The notes under the pieces were generated by a model. It was not told where the DNA came from, did no database searches, and saw only the letters and a program-made list of their open reading frames with translations. A program made the position numbers and the translations under genes. This document shows, one piece after another, positions 28,366 to 30,005 of a stretch of DNA of 30,005 nucleotides (position 1 is the first letter of the stretch; every line of letters begins with the position of its first letter). This stretch comes from Candidatus Hadarchaeales archaeon. Its GTDB lineage: Archaea > Hadarchaeota > Hadarchaeia > Hadarchaeales > Hadarchaeaceae. The DNA is taken from assembly GCA_038851565.1 (NCBI GenBank), contig JAWCKV010000007.1, positions 1 through 30,005 on the forward strand. Direction: 5' to 3'.

Positions 28366-28767
28366 CTACTGTTTGATGTAGTTCTTCCAGTTTCTCATCA
28401 CCACGGCCGCACCGCCGAAAACCATCGCTATGCCGATCACTGTCAGGAGCATGGCGAACAGGGCGGGCTGCCACTCCCCGAACATCAGCGCGATCCCGGC
28501 TGCTAGGAATGCTATTCCGATAGCTATCATCGCAAAGTTGTTTTGGGGCTTGGTCTTCCACAGTTTGCTCGCTCCCGCAAATATGAGAAGGACTCCGCAG
28601 ACGAACAGGGAAACACCGGCCAGGATGTTTGTGGAGCTGCTCATCATCCCTATTCCGTAGTTTATCAGAACGGCTCCGATGATGATGAGCGCGAACCCGA
28701 TGACGATGAGCGCGAAGTACCTGGTTGGCTCGGGCATATAAGGCGGGGTGTACGCGACCTCAGCCAT
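28366..28767 (-). CDS. Small 4-TM membrane protein, 133 aa
   Basis: Start reassigned to ATG 28767 (GGAGGA upstream, TATA-like TTTATAAA at about 28813-28820); four hydrophobic helices; abuts the GH2 gene. Confidence 0.75.
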   Translation of the reverse strand: MAEVAYTPPYMPEPTRYFALIVIGFALIIIGAVLINYGIGMMSSSTNILAGVSLFVCGVLLIFAGASKLWKTKPQNNFAMIAIGIAFLAAGIALMFGEWQPALFAMLLTVIGIAMVFGGAAVVMRNWKNYIKQ

Positions 28768-28814
28768 CACATCTTCCTCCACATCCGTGTTCCTATCAAC
28801 TTTACAACCTGCTT

Positions 28815-30005
28815 TTATAAACCCCCGCCCCACAGTGCCAGCTCCAGGAAAAGCGTCATGCTGGCGGCCAGCATCACCGGGATCATGACTGCGAGACCAT
28901 ATCTGGAAAACGATGAGAAGGAGATCGGCAGACCCCTGTCCGCCAGGATTCCGGCCCACATCATGCCCGCCAGGGCCCCCACTAGGGTCAGATTGGCGCC
29001 GAAATTGCTTCCGGCTATCAGGGCAAGGTGCGATGCCAGCCTCTGGGGATTTTGGAGCTGGGAATTCTGCAGGGTCCTGGTGAAGATCACGACCATCGGA
29101 TGATTGTTTATCATTGATGCAGCGAACGAGGAGGCGAAGCACATGACCATGACTGCGCTGAAGGCGTTGCCGAGGAAGGGGGAAATCCCGGAGGCTAGCA
29201 GGGATGTCCAGCCCGTGGACGCCAGGCTCTCCGCTATTGCGAAGAGGCCGATGAGGAAGGGCACGATCCTCCAGGGAACTTTGGAGGCTATCGCGGAGAC
29301 CCGCGAACGGTGCCGAAATGCGTCCCGCAGGAAAACCGCCACTGCGAAGATGGATGGGAAAGCCCATATCGGCAGCCCCGTGAGGTCCTGTGGAAGGCTC
29401 ATGAAGAAGAGGGAAAGGACCAGCATGGAGAGTCCGAATACGGCCCCCTCCCTGTCACCTAGGGCAGTCCGTGGGAGCACAAAGCCGGTCATGGTCCCGG
29501 ATATGGAGCGCCTGAACATCAGCCACAGGATGGCCAGGCACACAGCGGCCGAGACCACGGACGGCAGCACCATCCACTTCGCGTGTTCCACAAAGGATAT
29601 CCCGGCAGCATCGGCCGCTATGATGTTAGTCGGGTTTCCTATGTAGAGGGCCATGCCGCTTATGTTGACCGCGAAGAACTGGGAGAGGAGGAATGGCAGC
29701 GGGTTCATACCCGTGTTTCTGGCAATGTGGAGGATTATGAACGTCATGGTGAGGATTATAACGTTGTTGTCCATGAAAAAGGTCAGGATAATCGTAAGGA
29801 AAAATATGAGGAGGAAGAGCCTTCTCCCGGAGTTTCCGGCTCCCCTCGCAACCTTGAGCGAGATGTGCTCGAAGAATCCGGAATGCTCGAGGGAGATGCA
29901 TATGTACGCGAGGGAGATTATGAGGATCATCACGGAGTAGGGCTTCACGTTGTCATATCCGATGAGTCCCCTCAGGATAACATCTGGACCGGCCGACAGC
30001 GTGAC
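28815..30005 (-). CDS. ArsB/NhaD family permease (5' end outside window)
   Basis: Frame is open to the window end; NNVIILT, LYIGNPTNII, INNHPM, GSNFGANLTLVGALAGMMW motifs. Confidence 0.88.
   Translation of the reverse strand, partial: VTLSAGPDVILRGLIGYDNVKPYSVMILIISLAYICISLEHSGFFEHISLKVARGAGNSGRRLFLLIFFLTIILTFFMDNNVIILTMTFIILHIARNTGMNPLPFLLSQFFAVNISGMALYIGNPTNIIAADAAGISFVEHAKWMVLPSVVSAAVCLAILWLMFRRSISGTMTGFVLPRTALGDREGAVFGLSMLVLSLFFMSLPQDLTGLPIWAFPSIFAVAVFLRDAFRHRSRVSAIASKVPWRIVPFLIGLFAIAESLASTGWTSLLASGISPFLGNAFSAVMVMCFASSFAASMINNHPMVVIFTRTLQNSQLQNPQRLASHLALIAGSNFGANLTLVGALAGMMWAGILADRGLPISFSSFSRYGLAVMIPVMLAASMTLFLELALWGGGL

Noticed and set aside
28768..29367. N-terminal 200 aa of ORF 28366..29367
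   Set aside because: Overlaps the permease in another frame; the real gene starts at 28767 with its own SD and TATA box.

Overview
GC-rich archaeal chromosomal window. Gene content (archaeal CoaBC, pantoate kinase, class I CCA-adding enzyme, RbkR/ribC, Dph5, archaemetzincin, ComC-like dehydrogenase) suggests a thermophilic, euryarchaeal-like lineage; Hadarchaeota-like is an inference only. It is mostly housekeeping: CoA synthesis, metG, cca/thpR, queC, gap-pgk, a riboflavin operon and dph5. It also has a VapBC toxin-antitoxin pair, a solo PD-(D/E)XK nuclease, three protease-family genes, a GH2 glycosidase and two ArsB/NhaD-type permeases. Three tRNA genes are present: Phe-GAA (intronless), Lys-CTT and Gln-TTG. 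The most striking observation is that tRNA-Lys carries two introns at non-canonical sites (9/10 and 30/31, both with full bulge-helix-bulge motifs) and tRNA-Gln carries a D-loop intron (20a/20b, relaxed motif). Other points: a 58-aa ribbon-helix-helix gene missing from the ORF track next to an AT-rich, repeat-bearing region; bacterial-type GAPDH and MetRS; and several structured intergenic elements. No CRISPR array, rRNA, integrase or transposase was seen. All calls come from reading motifs by eye; no database searches were run.
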